Shown here: piece by piece, positions 1-12,439 of the stretch | How positions within the stretch are numbered: the first letter of the stretch is position 1 | Layout: each line of letters begins with the position of its first letter | Assembly (NCBI GenBank): GCA_000091205.1 | Contig: AP006498.2 | DNA: 64,000 nt | Reading direction: 5' to 3' (one strand) | DNA from: Cyanidioschyzon merolae | Taxonomy: Eukaryota | Translations under genes and position numbers: made by a program | Notes under the pieces: model-generated | Told to the model about the DNA's origin: nothing | Databases searched by the model: none | The model's input: the letters and a program-made list of their open reading frames with translations, nothing else

Positions 1-1
1 G

Positions 2-1528
2 GCGAAACTTCATGCGGAGCTTGCCCAGGCGCAGAGACTCTGGGATCAGTGGGCTGCGCTCCATGCGCAGCTCCAAGGCGATGCGGGAATAACCGTGTGC
101 CAGGGCAGCCTCGAGCAACGCCGCACGGCTCTGCACGAACAAGTGAAAGACCTCAAACGAGTGTTGCAAGAGCTTCAGCTCCAGGAGCAGAGCACAGTTG
201 CCAGCATACGCCACTTGGACCGGATGCTGCATTCGGAGCAACCTCCGGTGGCATCCAGCGCAGCAGATTGCGATGGAGCAGCAAAGCCGCAGCAAACACA
301 TTCGAAGACTTTCTGCGCCCTGTGTCTCCAACCAGTAGATGCTGCGTCGTATGCTGATCGTTTACAGGCCCTACAGACGGACCGCCAGCGTCTGGCAAGT
401 GCGCTGGATGACCTCCGCGCACAGCGGCACGACAAGGACGCGGAAATCCAGATCATGGAGCGCGAACTCAGAGACACAGAAGCGGCATTCATGGAGCGGC
501 ATGCATTGGAGCAACGCCTCGATGCAGTGGTGGCGTTGCGCCCCACACCCGAGCATTTGCATGAGCTTTCGCAAGCGAGCGATCGTTGCAGCATGGAGGC
601 CGCACTTGTTATGCGCACGCTCGATACGAATCGCCAGCTTCTAGCCGAATATGAACAGCATCTGCTGCAGCAGCAAGAGCTGCGTTTGCACCAGGAACAA
701 CAGCGCGCGCGTTACGACCGAGCCCTTCGAGCGTTGGACTGGACTCAACAGCAGCGACAGCGTCTACTCCAACCGATAGCTGCTGCGATCCTAGAGGCAA
801 CTGCGCACGTCGCGTCGCTACAGTCCACGTTAAACGAAGCGGTAGCGCATGAACGCACGCTTGTGGATACTGCGGATCGTCTGGAATTCCTTGCGCGCGC
901 ATTTCATCGCGGTGGCATACCGAGCCAGTTACTGGATCAGAGCCTGCAAGTCATCGAGACGCTTTGTGGTCATTACCTACGACATCTGAGCGATGATACG
1001 CTTTTACTGCGAATACGTCGTCGCCGACAAGCGCAGCGTCCTCGGGAGCGGGAGCTTACCAAGGCTACCACGCGCGCAGAGAACGCACTCGAAGTACTTG
1101 TCTGGCAAGTCTACTGTCGAGACGCGCGCACAGGCACGTTCCGGGAACGAGAACTAGGCCTGCTCAGCGGCGGTCAGTTGCGACGAGTCAGTATTGCACT
1201 TTCCTTGGCCTTTGCCGAGTACATCTGTCATCAGCTGGGATATCGTAGTAATCTGCTGGTCTTGGACGAGGCTCTTCAACAGCTTGATCAAGAGGGTGCC
1301 CGTCGCTTAGCGTCACTACTGCCGCAGCTGCAACGTGAGACGGTGCTGGTTATTGCCCACGAGAATGCCAGCTTTCTCGTGGACATCGCGGATGCGCATG
1401 ATGTTGTGGAGCGTGCATCAGGGCGCAGCACGGTGCACTGTGATACCGGGTTTTTAGAGACAGAGCTCGCAGGCGACTCGTTTTCAGGGCGTTCAGAGCT
1501 CGTCCCGCAAGCGCAGGTCCGACGCTGA
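2..1528 (+). CDS. SMC/Rad50/SbcC-family ATPase, C-terminal half (coiled coil, then the ABC signature head). The frame is open to the 5' window edge, so the gene is 5'-partial.
   Basis: ABC signature LSGGQ, immediately followed by Walker B/D-loop LLVLDEALQQLD and the H-loop region VLVIAHEN. There is a long heptad-like coiled coil upstream, with a CxxC (CALC) motif that may be a zinc hook. Frame 2 has no stop back to nt 2. Confidence 0.55.
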   Translation, partial: AKLHAELAQAQRLWDQWAALHAQLQGDAGITVCQGSLEQRRTALHEQVKDLKRVLQELQLQEQSTVASIRHLDRMLHSEQPPVASSAADCDGAAKPQQTHSKTFCALCLQPVDAASYADRLQALQTDRQRLASALDDLRAQRHDKDAEIQIMERELRDTEAAFMERHALEQRLDAVVALRPTPEHLHELSQASDRCSMEAALVMRTLDTNRQLLAEYEQHLLQQQELRLHQEQQRARYDRALRALDWTQQQRQRLLQPIAAAILEATAHVASLQSTLNEAVAHERTLVDTADRLEFLARAFHRGGIPSQLLDQSLQVIETLCGHYLRHLSDDTLLLRIRRRRQAQRPRERELTKATTRAENALEVLVWQVYCRDARTGTFRERELGLLSGGQLRRVSIALSLAFAEYICHQLGYRSNLLVLDEALQQLDQEGARRLASLLPQLQRETVLVIAHENASFLVDIADAHDVVERASGRSTVHCDTGFLETELAGDSFSGRSELVPQAQVRR

Positions 1529-4080
1529 GGTGCTCGCAGTCGTGCGCGTTTGACTTTTGTACCGCTGTATTCAGTGCAGTGGACTCTGGAAGTTATACAT
1601 GATCACACCCATTGTGTTTTTATTTGTTTTGCTCGGTAGGTATTCAAGAAAACCGACGTATGCTTTCATGATGGAGAAAGGTTGCAGAATGACTTGATGC
1701 CGACTCTGTTAGTTTAGCGAAGAACGACGGTATCTGTACGAGCCGGCCACTTACGTGCCAGCCGGCGGATCATCCACACTGCTTCTTGGCGCCATCAAAA
1801 GTGCCTTGCACCCAGAACGGCGCTTTGTTTCTGCGAGAATGCCTTTTCATCAGTCCAACGCATTCTATTTGGCCCTTAAGGAATCCGACCAAAGAAACCG
1901 TATAGTATGTGCGGTTTCCATACCATCGATACGAACAGCGATCAGCAGACACTGATGGACAAGGAGAAACACAAGCTTCTAGGCGAGACCGTCGCGCAGG
2001 GACCCATGCACTGTTGTTTTGTGCGAAAACGCGACCGATAATGACAGGAGCGACGGACGCTCGTCTCACTCGATGAGCGTACGTTCGGGAGAACTGGCAG
2101 ATCTGTGTGTGAGTGCTCAAAGGGCTATAGTGCGCTGTTCGGGGCTCATGCCGCGTTAGCCGCTAGCTCTCCGAAAAATCAGACGTACTGGTCACCTAGA
2201 GACGTTTCGGATCGCGAACCTCTCATATCCCTATTATTCTTGTTCTCTGCTCTGGATGGAATATGGAGTTCCAGTTCGTCTTTACGTACGAATTTCGAAT
2301 CGAAAAATGCGTGTCTTCGTGAATTCCGCCGGAGGCGGCGGGGAGAAGCGCCCTCCTTCTTCTCCATTTGGAAAGCGAATATTTTCACAAATTGCCCCAT
2401 AAGCGTGCCCTGCTTTGCAGTGCGTCTCAATTCGAGCTCCAAACTCTCCTAAGTGCAAGTTTTGCTGCGCGCGCGACATCGAACTCGTTGCTTACGGTAA
2501 TAAAAGTATACATACGCATGCCTGCTTGTCGAAAGCAAACCCGCATCCCGGAGTGGCCTCTTCGATGCATCAACCTCGCGTCATCCATCAAGAACGCTTA
2601 CACTTGTCTGCCGCGGGATACCGGCATACGTTTGCGTACGCGCATCCGCGATACCAGCTTCGCGGTTTTAGAGAGCTCTATTGTCGCATCCGTCGTTTCT
2701 CAGTGTAGCATCTCTCCCAGTACAAAGACGATGCGCTGCAGCCTACCATATCATTGTCCGTTAGGGCGTTGTGCAAGAGCACAGCGGAGCTAAGCGGAGT
2801 TTCCGGGTAGAGTCGCGGGCACGCAGCGCGATGCAATGCAAACATATGCACTGGCAAACGCTGTCGTTAGCGACATCGCAGCCGTCGCAGGAGCCACCGT
2901 ATTCATCAGCGGTGCTGCAAAACCCGGGTCATGAAGCATGTACTGAGTCTGTAGCCGGCGTCGAGCGCCGCTCTCGCTGAGACGCGAGCTACGGCAGGGA
3001 AACCTTCCGGCAATGTATCGAATACGGTTCTGAAACGGAGTTGCATGAAACCGAAACATCTTGTCCCAGTAAACCTCCACTGCAGCGCGTGCAAGAACGA
3101 ATAGCGGGCTCTATTTAGGGCTTTCCGCCGGACAACTGGTGCTGCAGCTTGTCCAAGAAAACTGCTGCTCCGGTTGTATCAGGTCGCCACGGCTGGCGGC
3201 AAAGCGTTCGTGCTGAGTGCCACCCTCTGAGCCGGTGCTGCCCATGCGAAAACCCTCGAAGACACTGTTCAGCGTTCTTGAGACCCTTGGAAACAGCCTC
3301 ATCTAACTGGCACGAGCGCAGAGAAGCATCGTCGCGCCGCAGCACTTCTACGTGCTGTGCAGGCTGGCTTGAACGCCAAAACCACAGCACGACCCTATTT
3401 CCAATATTCCAGCAGACATACATAAAACAGACCAAAAATTCCAATGCTCTTCGAATACGTACACCACGCTATGTGAATTTCGCGACTACTCATCATCCAG
3501 TAAAACAACAAGCATAAGCTGTACGTTCTCGCCCTGTCAATAGAGCTGGCGTCTGCAGCTGCTGGTGTGTCCCCAGATACCACGCCTGTCCCAGTGCGCT
3601 TGCATTTGCCCTCGACACCCTTCACTGCCACTCTAAGATCCAACCCGAAACAAATAATATCCTTTCTACAACGTTTGTTCAACCTCTTATCGAGAAAACG
3701 GCTCAAATACTCGACAAACAACGTTTACGCACGCGACTAAACTGACTTTCCTTAACGGTTACCGCAAGGCGCCTGCACCAACACCCGTCGACGCCTGTCT
3801 CTTGTCATTCTATATTCGGTTCTTGTGGCAAGCGAGCACCAAACGCGTTCCTCGAGCGCACTGAAGCGAGTACGATTGCTTTCCCGAGGCAACCAGAGCC
3901 TCAGTTAATAACCACAAGCACACTCCAGACTCGAAGCGCTTTTCAGTACCCGAGTTGCGTGGCGAGCGACCGGCTTCGAGCGCTGTGCAGGCGCTTTTTC
4001 GAGCGGAACGCAGAGCACTGCTGCCGTGAATGCACCGAGCATCGAGGCCGTTGTCTGAATCGCGCTGTCCTTCACCGGCA

Positions 4081-4524
4081 ATGGCACGAAGTACTTCGGA
4101 CCGTTCCGCACACACAGCGGGAAGTGCAGCCTTCCCCAGCACGGTAACGTCGACACCCGCGTCCACCTCGACGTCGATGTCGTGGAGCGGGCACAGCAGC
4201 CAGGTCGCGAACCGAGCGGACCTGTCGGGTGTAGCGTATGCGGACTTGCTGGAGCAACAGAATCAGGATCGAATTCAGGCGCTTTCCGGCAAAGTGGGAG
4301 CTATGAAAGAGTTGGCTATCCAAATCAACGAGGAGGTTATCACCCAAAACCGTTTTCTGGACCAGGATCTCAGCGACTCGATGGGACGTACTGTGGAGCA
4401 ACTGCGCAACTCAATGCGAAAACTAGAACAACTGGTACGGTCTGGTAGTTCTTACGCACTCTGTTACGGGGTTCTGGGTATTGTTGGGGTTCTTTTTCTG
4501 TTACACTGGTTGTTTCCGCGCTGA
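4081..4524 (+). CDS. Bet1/SFT1-like Qc-SNARE. An alternative upstream ATG lies at 4030.
   Basis: The C-terminal SNARE heptad region (KELAIQINEEVITQNRFLDQDLSDSMGRTVEQLRNSMRKLEQLV) is directly followed by a single C-terminal transmembrane helix (YALCYGVLGIVGVLFLLHWLF). The size is about 147 aa. Confidence 0.55.
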   Translation: MARSTSDRSAHTAGSAAFPSTVTSTPASTSTSMSWSGHSSQVANRADLSGVAYADLLEQQNQDRIQALSGKVGAMKELAIQINEEVITQNRFLDQDLSDSMGRTVEQLRNSMRKLEQLVRSGSSYALCYGVLGIVGVLFLLHWLFPR

Positions 4525-4755
4525 TTCCAAACGCATACTTGTGCACAGTCCAGGTGTTGCACTCAAGTCGTCAATGAAGCCGAGCATACGAGTCGTACAG
4601 CGCGCGAAGACACCTTGCCGCTGTCTACATGGCAGCTCGGGGTTCGCGGTCGCGAGCGGAAAAACAACAACAACAACAACATCGATCACGATGACGTCGA
4701 GAGGGTGTACCCCAGGTACGTGCTGCCGATGCCGGCAATGCGACCATTCGCCGCT

Positions 4756-7572
4756 CTACAAGGCTTTTTGCGCTGAGCCCGTTACGCGATCGCGGCGGTG
4801 CACAAGAACGAGACCCTCGAGCACTGGCGCATAACAGGCCCACTCGTCGCTGGCGAGTTCAGCGCGCTCACCGACTCCGATGAGGACCGGTGTGGTGTGC
4901 GTCTGGAAGCCCGTGATGCCTCGCGGACGACCCGCCTGACCGACAGTATCTACCGCCTGGCCAACACGAACGAGAACAGGCACTGGTTGTTGCGTGTCAG
5001 CGTCCAGAGTAACGAGAAATCGTGGACGAGCAGCTAGTGCTAATGCGTAGAGGAACCAGTGATGGCGGCCAAGAAGCGTTTCCCGCAGGGACCCGGCACC
5101 AAGGCAGAGCACCAGTACGGTCAACAGACCTGCAGCTGCAACCGCATCCACGACAGTGGCATCCGCGGAGAACGGCGCAAAGGTCAAGAGTCCGCGTCCC
5201 GCGTGCGTTAACCCCTGAGCGAGGCGCACCATGAACAGCATACTCGGATCCTCGGCGTAAAAAGCAGACAGCTCCCGCAGCAGACCAGCTACTCGAGCTT
5301 GGTTGGTGCCGGCCGCTGTGAAGCCCATGGCTAAAATAGCACCAGCGGCTATTTCCGAGTCCCCGTCGTGACTCAATTTGCTGAGTATGTCGACCACTTC
5401 AAGGCGCGGATCAGAAACGAACGCAAGCCCCAGTGCGAGCGGCACCACCCGTCGTTGAGTATCGGAGCCGAGCTGCAACATTCGATCAAAAAGACGGAGC
5501 AGCATTTGCTGCATGAGACGTTCACCAGAAGCGTTTGCTGCTGCGGCTAGCGGCATCAACTCATTTTCCCAACTGAGGAAACGCTGTAAGGCTAGCACGT
5601 CGCCGGTGCCGTAGAAAGCGCAACATTCTAGCAATTGACTAACAAATGGGGCCTGCACACCCATGGCATGCAGCGCATCCAGTACAGGTTGCATAGCGAG
5701 GCCGCGACGGTGCAGGTAGAGCAGCCCCAGTGCAAGAGGGAATAAGCGGTTCAGGGAATGGCGAAAGATAGCTTCATTCTGGGCGTCGTTACCGGTTCCA
5801 CCCGATGACGGTGCGCTCGCTGCGGGCCCGCCATTTGTCGCGTTCGATGGCGCCTCTGCCTCTTGGTTGGTGCTCGTGCTTGTTGCAGTTTCTTGACTTG
5901 CCTCTGGGTTGGATGCGGAGTGCTCTGCGGCTGCGCCCGGAACGGTATCGTTGTTCGGATCAGACACCGGACCTACCAACTCCATTCGTTCAGGGGCATC
6001 GAGCTCGGTCGTTCTCGGCTCGGGGCCAGCGGCGTCAGTAGTGTTTGATTCCCTGGGCACATCTACGCAACGATCCTGTATTGCCTGAATAAGCGTAGAC
6101 GCCAAGTCCGCGTTCGCTGACGACACAAATATTAGCCCGACGGCGAGCGCTGTAACCGCCGCGACATCAACAGGGCTGCTAACATCCACCAATATGGGGG
6201 CCAGCAGCTCCATCAAATCCACGCGCTGTGTACCTGCGTACGCGAAGCCGAGTCCCAGGATCGCCGCCAACCGTTCGTTGTTGTTCTCGGACTCGATATG
6301 CTCTGCGAGCAGCGCTAGAGCAGCGTCGCACTCGTCTGGGACGCGACCACCGCTGAGGAGTCCAATCGCGAGGAGTGCTCCGGCCCGAACGAATTCTTCT
6401 GGTGAATACAGGTATTTGTCAATTTCAGCGAGGCCTCCGTCGACGTCGTAGAGGAATATCATTCCCAGGGAGGCAGTTGCTGAGAGCATACCCTGGGCTC
6501 GGTTCCGAAAAATCCAATTACGACGCTCGTCATCGGAGGGATTGGTGAGAAACTTGTCCGATCCAAAGCCCGCGTTCACGAAACCGTTCACAAAAGCAGC
6601 AGCGAGATTTTCTCGTGCAGAATCGACATGAACAGTGCCGATCAAAGTGCTCAGCCGCCTCCCTGATTCCACCAGATGCGACTTGTAAATATCCTCCGGG
6701 GTTTTCGCCTCGAGGATTTCGAGATCTTGCGCCACTGCCCGATAGTGTTTCGACCAGTCTCTTGGTGTTTGCATGAGCTCTATCTGAGTTCGCATTGGGC
6801 CGGGTGGGACTCGGTCCACAGGTACCAGCGAGGGATCGCCAAGCATCTTCGCTACCCGGTACGCGTTCGAGAAGCGATTGGCTCGAAGATAGAGGTTCAG
6901 TGCCCATCGCAGAGCGTTCTCATTCTCGGGTTCTGGTAGGTAGACTGCACACGAGGTCAGGTACTGGCACACCCGGTCTTCGCTGAGTCGATCGTTCAGC
7001 GTGAGTTGCCCAAGTCGATCGAGTTCACCGATCTCGAGGCAAAAGTCGCATGCGTCGACTTCTGCGCGTTTCTCCACGAGGTAGGTTAGAATTTCACTGA
7101 TCAAAGGATTCAGTTCCTTTCGCTCCACTTTCCCGGCTTCGAGTGCCTCCCCAATTTCCCCAACGAGAGAGCGCACGTATTCTTGCCCCCAGTAGCCCAC
7201 AGGCAGACTCGAGTCGCCACGTAGTCGGAATAGCAAGCACTCGAAGGTGCCGGCCTCCGCCATGGTCATTGCCAACACTGAGAGCAAGTTATAGAAAAAC
7301 GAACCATTTGGTTCATCTTGAGCCTGTTTTTTCAAGCGACCATAGTGAGGCCGCAGAAACTTCAGCGGCTTTGGTACAGAAGTCAGCGACGACGTGGCAG
7401 TGCGAATGATGTCACCGAGAGCACTGAGCGCAGCCGGACGCGTCGTTGTATCAAGCACCCGATCCACCAGAAGATCCAATCGGTCTTTTAGTTCTGCGTC
7501 TTCGGGAGACAGGTCTAGCGTTTCATCCGTAGTTCCGTTCATCGGACCTTGTGTACTGAGAAACCAAAGCAC
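4756..7572 (-). CDS. RPN1: 26S proteasome regulatory subunit RPN1 (PSMD2)
   Basis: 938-aa uninterrupted ORF. It has multiple proteasome/cyclosome (PC) repeats (LLAIGLLSGG, AILGLGFAYAGT, ALGLAFVSDP, AILAMGF) and an Rpn1-like N-terminus (EDAELKDRLDLLVDRV). A low-complexity S/T/A/N-rich insertion sits in the middle. Confidence 0.85.
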   Translation of the reverse strand: MLWFLSTQGPMNGTTDETLDLSPEDAELKDRLDLLVDRVLDTTTRPAALSALGDIIRTATSSLTSVPKPLKFLRPHYGRLKKQAQDEPNGSFFYNLLSVLAMTMAEAGTFECLLFRLRGDSSLPVGYWGQEYVRSLVGEIGEALEAGKVERKELNPLISEILTYLVEKRAEVDACDFCLEIGELDRLGQLTLNDRLSEDRVCQYLTSCAVYLPEPENENALRWALNLYLRANRFSNAYRVAKMLGDPSLVPVDRVPPGPMRTQIELMQTPRDWSKHYRAVAQDLEILEAKTPEDIYKSHLVESGRRLSTLIGTVHVDSARENLAAAFVNGFVNAGFGSDKFLTNPSDDERRNWIFRNRAQGMLSATASLGMIFLYDVDGGLAEIDKYLYSPEEFVRAGALLAIGLLSGGRVPDECDAALALLAEHIESENNNERLAAILGLGFAYAGTQRVDLMELLAPILVDVSSPVDVAAVTALAVGLIFVSSANADLASTLIQAIQDRCVDVPRESNTTDAAGPEPRTTELDAPERMELVGPVSDPNNDTVPGAAAEHSASNPEASQETATSTSTNQEAEAPSNATNGGPAASAPSSGGTGNDAQNEAIFRHSLNRLFPLALGLLYLHRRGLAMQPVLDALHAMGVQAPFVSQLLECCAFYGTGDVLALQRFLSWENELMPLAAAANASGERLMQQMLLRLFDRMLQLGSDTQRRVVPLALGLAFVSDPRLEVVDILSKLSHDGDSEIAAGAILAMGFTAAGTNQARVAGLLRELSAFYAEDPSMLFMVRLAQGLTHAGRGLLTFAPFSADATVVDAVAAAGLLTVLVLCLGAGSLRETLLGRHHWFLYALALAARPRFLVTLDADTQQPVPVLVRVGQAVDTVGQAGRPRGITGFQTHTTPVLIGVGERAELASDEWACYAPVLEGLVLVHRRDRVTGSAQKAL

Positions 7573-9683
7573 GTTCTATAAACAGAGAATGTGTAGCAGT
7601 GTTTCGGCCGGTTCAGCGGAACGGACGCTCATCGCGCTGTCGCCGCTGTCGATTTCGCGGCGATGATGAAGATGGCAATGATGTTGATGATGATGGCAGT
7701 GATGATGGCAATGATGATGTTAATGAACGATGTCGCGCATGTGGATGCTGTGGATACTGTGGACGGATGCTCTGATTTACGCATATTCGAGCAAAATAGC
7801 TTTGGTTTGCTTTCGTAGCTCGGATGTACACGCGAAAGTTTGGGATGCCTCCAAGTACGATCAACATTACCATTTTTCGGGCATTTTCAAGGACGGATTC
7901 CCTCGCCTCTCATCTATGTTTGACTTAAAAAACGCTCGTCTGATCTCTGCCTCTAGTTCCGTAATTAGCATTAGAAAGGTGCTGATGCCAGCGTCCTAGT
8001 CAAGAGTTTTGCGTAAGTTCGTTGACAACGCATTGGATGCACAAGCAGATGTTGCTACCTGCGCCTCGCTTGCTATTTTCATCTGGTTCGTGTAGAGCCT
8101 CGGTGCGTGAGTCGCAGGGGCGACACTTGCTTGCGCACTGGCGTTCCCCCATGCCTACCACAACTCATCCGTCTTCGAGAGCCGCACTGTGGAGCGAAAA
8201 AGGCTCGCTTCTTCGTTTGGTACATTCCCTTGATGGATGCAGAAGGCGCCGCTCCATACCTACTCTGTTTCCGCACCCGATGCTGTAGCGTACGATCACA
8301 AGCTTCGCGTGGGTGATCCCATCTGCTAATACGTTATTCAATGCGTACGTAAGCGAACGCTGCTCCATTCGATAAAGGATTCGTGGAACGTGACCTTGCG
8401 CGTCATGGAACAATTACAGAAGTACAATTCACCTTGCAGAACAAGTCAAGACGTTTCGACTGCCTGAGGCCCCCATCATGGAAAGCGGTAGTGAATTCTC
8501 AAACAGAACGGTTGAGTCGATGACTGAAGCTCGAGTCCGAAACGCCTTTTCCGTGCCAACAGAAAAGGCGGGAGCTTCTTGGTGCGCATCCCATTACCGG
8601 TTTCATGCTGCATTCGATTGTCGTATCGTCGTTAGCAACGAATCGAGGAAAATTCTGGTTCCGAACGGAATCCGTCATTGCTGAGCGTGAGAGGTTGGAC
8701 GAACATGCGTGACAAGTGTAAGCGCAGGTTGGCAAGAAAAGATGTCGAGTATTTATTCTCATCAATCCATCGGCTGGACTTGTTGCGCCTATGATTTGCC
8801 TTGAAACAGAGAGATCAAAAATCTAAAGAAAGCATCTTTTCAGGATGCTGCCCACAAGGAAACGAGAAGAAGGGACGCTCTTGCGCATAAATTGAATATT
8901 TATGTCGGTTAGAACACGGACCCTGGTTCGATGGCTTCGTGAATCACTGTGAATCTCGTGACGAAACGATCTCCAGCGGTAAAAAGTCGAAAAAGCCATC
9001 CCGAAAGGACTGCCCAGAATCTTTAATCTACGCTTGAATCCCTAAGCTGTCGTTGCTGCACCAGAAATGCCGACACTGCGCATCTACAAACAAGTTAGGC
9101 AATGTTCGAAAGGTAGGAACGTGTCCAGTATTTCAGGTGTCCGGTTTCAGTCATGCACAGGTGTGGCGCGTGCGCAAACGGTACCGAAATTGCGGGAAAC
9201 CGCTCTCGAGCGTATGAATGCGATCCAGTCATTTTCTGGTTGGCGTTCTACAGCACCAGATGAGCGGGTTCGGTGCATCATATTCTGCCTCTGCAAGACA
9301 GAGCGCACCTCTTCTTCAGCTCCCGTGACGTTGCAAAATCAACAGGTTCTGGAAGGTTTCAGAGCATAAAGTTTGAATCGGAAGCTCGTCGATCACGCCC
9401 TGGGGCACTTACGTGTAGGTATCCCATGGAATGGCCGTTCAAGGTTTCTTCGAAGCGTCAGCCGCGATCAGTGTGTGCAGAACGCGTTTACAAGGCAACG
9501 CAGGTGATTGATGGGAGCAGCACCTATTCATCTCCGCGCATACTCATTGGAAGAAGTGCATGGATGTGTACCCCAATGGCTCCATCTCGAGGCTATGTCT
9601 AACATGCCAAAACTGCTCATCCAACCGCCAGAATAAACTTGGGCATGATGGTGCGCCCTGGCACTGCATGCTGGAAGATAGAT

Positions 9684-11303
9684 TTATTCGAATAGTCTTT
9701 GGAGATATCGAGCATGGAGTGTTGCCGGCATTTCGCCGAGCGCTGTCAATAATGCGCTGGTTATCACGGCCGGTACACCGATGCCCGGAAACGAATTCTC
9801 ACCTGCCAGTGCAAGTCCAGCAGGTAAATCATGGCGAATCCAGGGAAGTAGCGGCTTGGCACCATAGGTGCCGCGGTAGCGCCGTAAATACTGCTCATGG
9901 GTCAACGGTGTCCCGATGAGTTTCATTCGGATCGAGTCAGGGTCTGCACAGCCCGGCACTGCCCGAGCAATTGCATCCAGCAACACCTGACCTCTGGCAA
10001 GTTTCTGTGCTCGATAGCGCTCGCGATCAAGGTTCTCCCAGAGCTCGTACGGCTCCGTTGCTGGCGTATACGCGTGGAGTGTATGCTCACCAGATCGCGA
10101 AAGCGACGGATCCAGCACTGATGGAATCGAAATGGCGACGACATTCTGAGGCTCCGTCAGCCTCTCCCAGTTATCCACAACAATATAGTGACAATTGTAG
10201 CCGTCGTGCTCTGGCGGCTGGCTGCCCCGAATGTAGTCGGTGAAATGTGTGGATGCGCTTTCCGGGTCCAGCGCCTTGAAGACCAAGTGCGCGTGTAGGA
10301 AGCTTGGAAGAGGCTCGGCATTGGCCTGGAAAGATCCATCCTGCAGCAAGCGCGCTGTGTCCCAGAGACTTATGCAGCTGACCACTCGACGCGATGCCTT
10401 GATTCGGCGACCGTCGACTAGCGTCACTCCGACGACTCGCTGTGAGGCGTTCTCTGTCCAAAATGACTGCACTGGCGAGCTCGTGTACACTTTGCCGCCG
10501 CGTTTCTCCAGAGCATCCTTCAAGGCCTGCGCTAGCGCCGCAACACCTCCAAGGGGATACTCTAGGTAAGCATCCTCTCCGTAGAAGGAACGGAACATGA
10601 AGGCCATTTCGGCAGTCGGCGTTCCATCAGAGGGTAATCCACTCAACAAAAAACACAGCAGGTCCATCCAGCCGCGCAGAAATGCGTCCCGAACACCAAC
10701 TTGATCCAGCACTCGTGAAAATGGTGCAGACATGAGCCGGAAATGTGCTGCATGACGCAAGGCGCGCGGCAGATGAGGTGTCACCGTTCGCCAGATACCC
10801 AGGTCTCGTCGAAGTGCAACAGGTGGGATACTTACAGCCGCCTCCGCGAGCGGTTTCATAAAACGCTGTAGTTCAGCAAACTGTGCGGCGGCGTCTCGAC
10901 CGCGAAGCTCTCGTAGCGTATGGCTGAAGTCTTTCGCACCGACTGCTGAGTTGAAGCGACCCTCGGGGACTAGGACGCCCCAGGTGTTGTAGCGCGCCAC
11001 CGGGAGCTTGATCCCCAAGAGGCGCAGCAACTGAGCTAGTGGATCGGAGGAGTCTCGCCCGCTTAAAGATCCTCCAGCAAAGAGCGATGGCCCCGTATCG
11101 AAGTAATAGGGACCTTTCGAGAAACCGTGTGCAGCGCCGCCAACGCGCTCATGGGCCTCTAAGAGACACACTGAGTGACCCTGGTCCGCGAGTAGCGCAC
11201 CCGTTGCAAGTCCCGCCAGGCCACCGCCTACGATGACATAGTCAGCCCATTGAAACGCCCAGACACCACCATTTCGACGTCGTACCCGTTGTGCGCGTTG
11301 CAT
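9684..11303 (-). CDS. FAD-dependent oxidoreductase of the phytoene desaturase family, carotenoid isomerase (CRTISO)-like
   Basis: N-terminal dinucleotide-binding motif VIVGGGLAGLATGALLADQGHSVCLLEAHERVGG. A following FDTGPSLFAG motif. A C-terminal GENSFPGIGVPAVITSA motif typical of CrtI/CRTISO-type enzymes. Confidence 0.6.
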   Translation of the reverse strand: MQRAQRVRRRNGGVWAFQWADYVIVGGGLAGLATGALLADQGHSVCLLEAHERVGGAAHGFSKGPYYFDTGPSLFAGGSLSGRDSSDPLAQLLRLLGIKLPVARYNTWGVLVPEGRFNSAVGAKDFSHTLRELRGRDAAAQFAELQRFMKPLAEAAVSIPPVALRRDLGIWRTVTPHLPRALRHAAHFRLMSAPFSRVLDQVGVRDAFLRGWMDLLCFLLSGLPSDGTPTAEMAFMFRSFYGEDAYLEYPLGGVAALAQALKDALEKRGGKVYTSSPVQSFWTENASQRVVGVTLVDGRRIKASRRVVSCISLWDTARLLQDGSFQANAEPLPSFLHAHLVFKALDPESASTHFTDYIRGSQPPEHDGYNCHYIVVDNWERLTEPQNVVAISIPSVLDPSLSRSGEHTLHAYTPATEPYELWENLDRERYRAQKLARGQVLLDAIARAVPGCADPDSIRMKLIGTPLTHEQYLRRYRGTYGAKPLLPWIRHDLPAGLALAGENSFPGIGVPAVITSALLTALGEMPATLHARYLQRLFE

Positions 11304-12439
11304 GGAGTCCGTTCACACCCAGCGCTGGGTAGCTTAAGTCAACGAAGATTTGAATCACCTTTGCTGCGTGTATTCGAATGCTTATTCACAATGTACAGCT
11401 GGACGTTGAGATCATGATGGTATGCACTGTATCGATCATCGACGAATTGCCGCTAGGATGTATTCTCTGGTAAATAGTGAAAGGAGGTCTACATTCTGCT
11501 TCGGGTCAGGCATACAATAGTACTCAGATGGTTGAGTAACACAGAAAGAATCACGTAGATACGCTCCGTGCCGAAAACCGATTTGCTCGAAGCGCGCCTG
11601 CGGTTAATGGTATAAAAATGATCCGTTCATCATATTACGGAAAGCAAAAGCAACGATCCTAGCAACTACCAGTGTCTCTATTTCTCAATAGCTTGTTCGC
11701 GTTGTCCTGAAAACACTGGTATACAATCGCATAAAAAGTCCTGGTTCACAAACGGCAATCTTCCGCCGAAATCTCAACGACAGCGTCCTTGGAAAGTCAA
11801 TATCGATATGAAGCACAGAGACGACGATTTGTTTTTTCAGTTAATGAGAGCTTCTTCAGACGAAACGGCCGGAGTGCGGATGGGTAGTCGCGGAGCGTGG
11901 CGTCCGTTGTATGCGCTATCGAACTCTTAGAGAACGAGTATATCATCATCGGTCTAGCTGTAGTGGAATCATTTAGCGGCCTCCAATTCGCGTATACAGA
12001 AGGCTCATACAACAGCGTTGACTTCGTCGAATCAATAAAGGTGTTGTCTCTGACGTCTGGCCACGACCTTCTACTAGACAACGTGGTAGTTCACATTTCC
12101 CCTTGCGTCGAGCTTTTGACGATTCTAATTAGGTAGAGCTGCTTTTGACTCCTCCGTTCTCTCCGCGTTTCAACTGCATCGCAGGAATGTCTTCTATCGT
12201 GAAACGAAATGATCGCTCTAGTGGGCCAATCGATGATGCGTTCAGCACACAGTGAAACACCCGGGCACATGACGTTGTTCTTCCGCCAGTCCTTCATCCT
12301 CCGGGAAGGTCCTCGCTTAAGGGTATCAAGCAGCGCGTTCATTTTTTGAAGAAACTAAAAATCCCAGGGATGAGCTGGGGTTTACTCATCAGAAGATCGA
12401 GATGGAGAAAAGCCAGCGAAGCGCTCCGGCGATAGAAGA

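Noticed and set aside
7660-7730. An ATG/GAT-rich stretch (gatgatgaagatggcaatgatgttgatgatgatggcagtgatgatg) upstream of RPN1, as a possible coding poly-Asp/Met repeat
   Set aside because: It lies outside the RPN1 ORF (start at 7572), in the promoter region, and no ORF runs through it. It was only noted as a simple-sequence tract.
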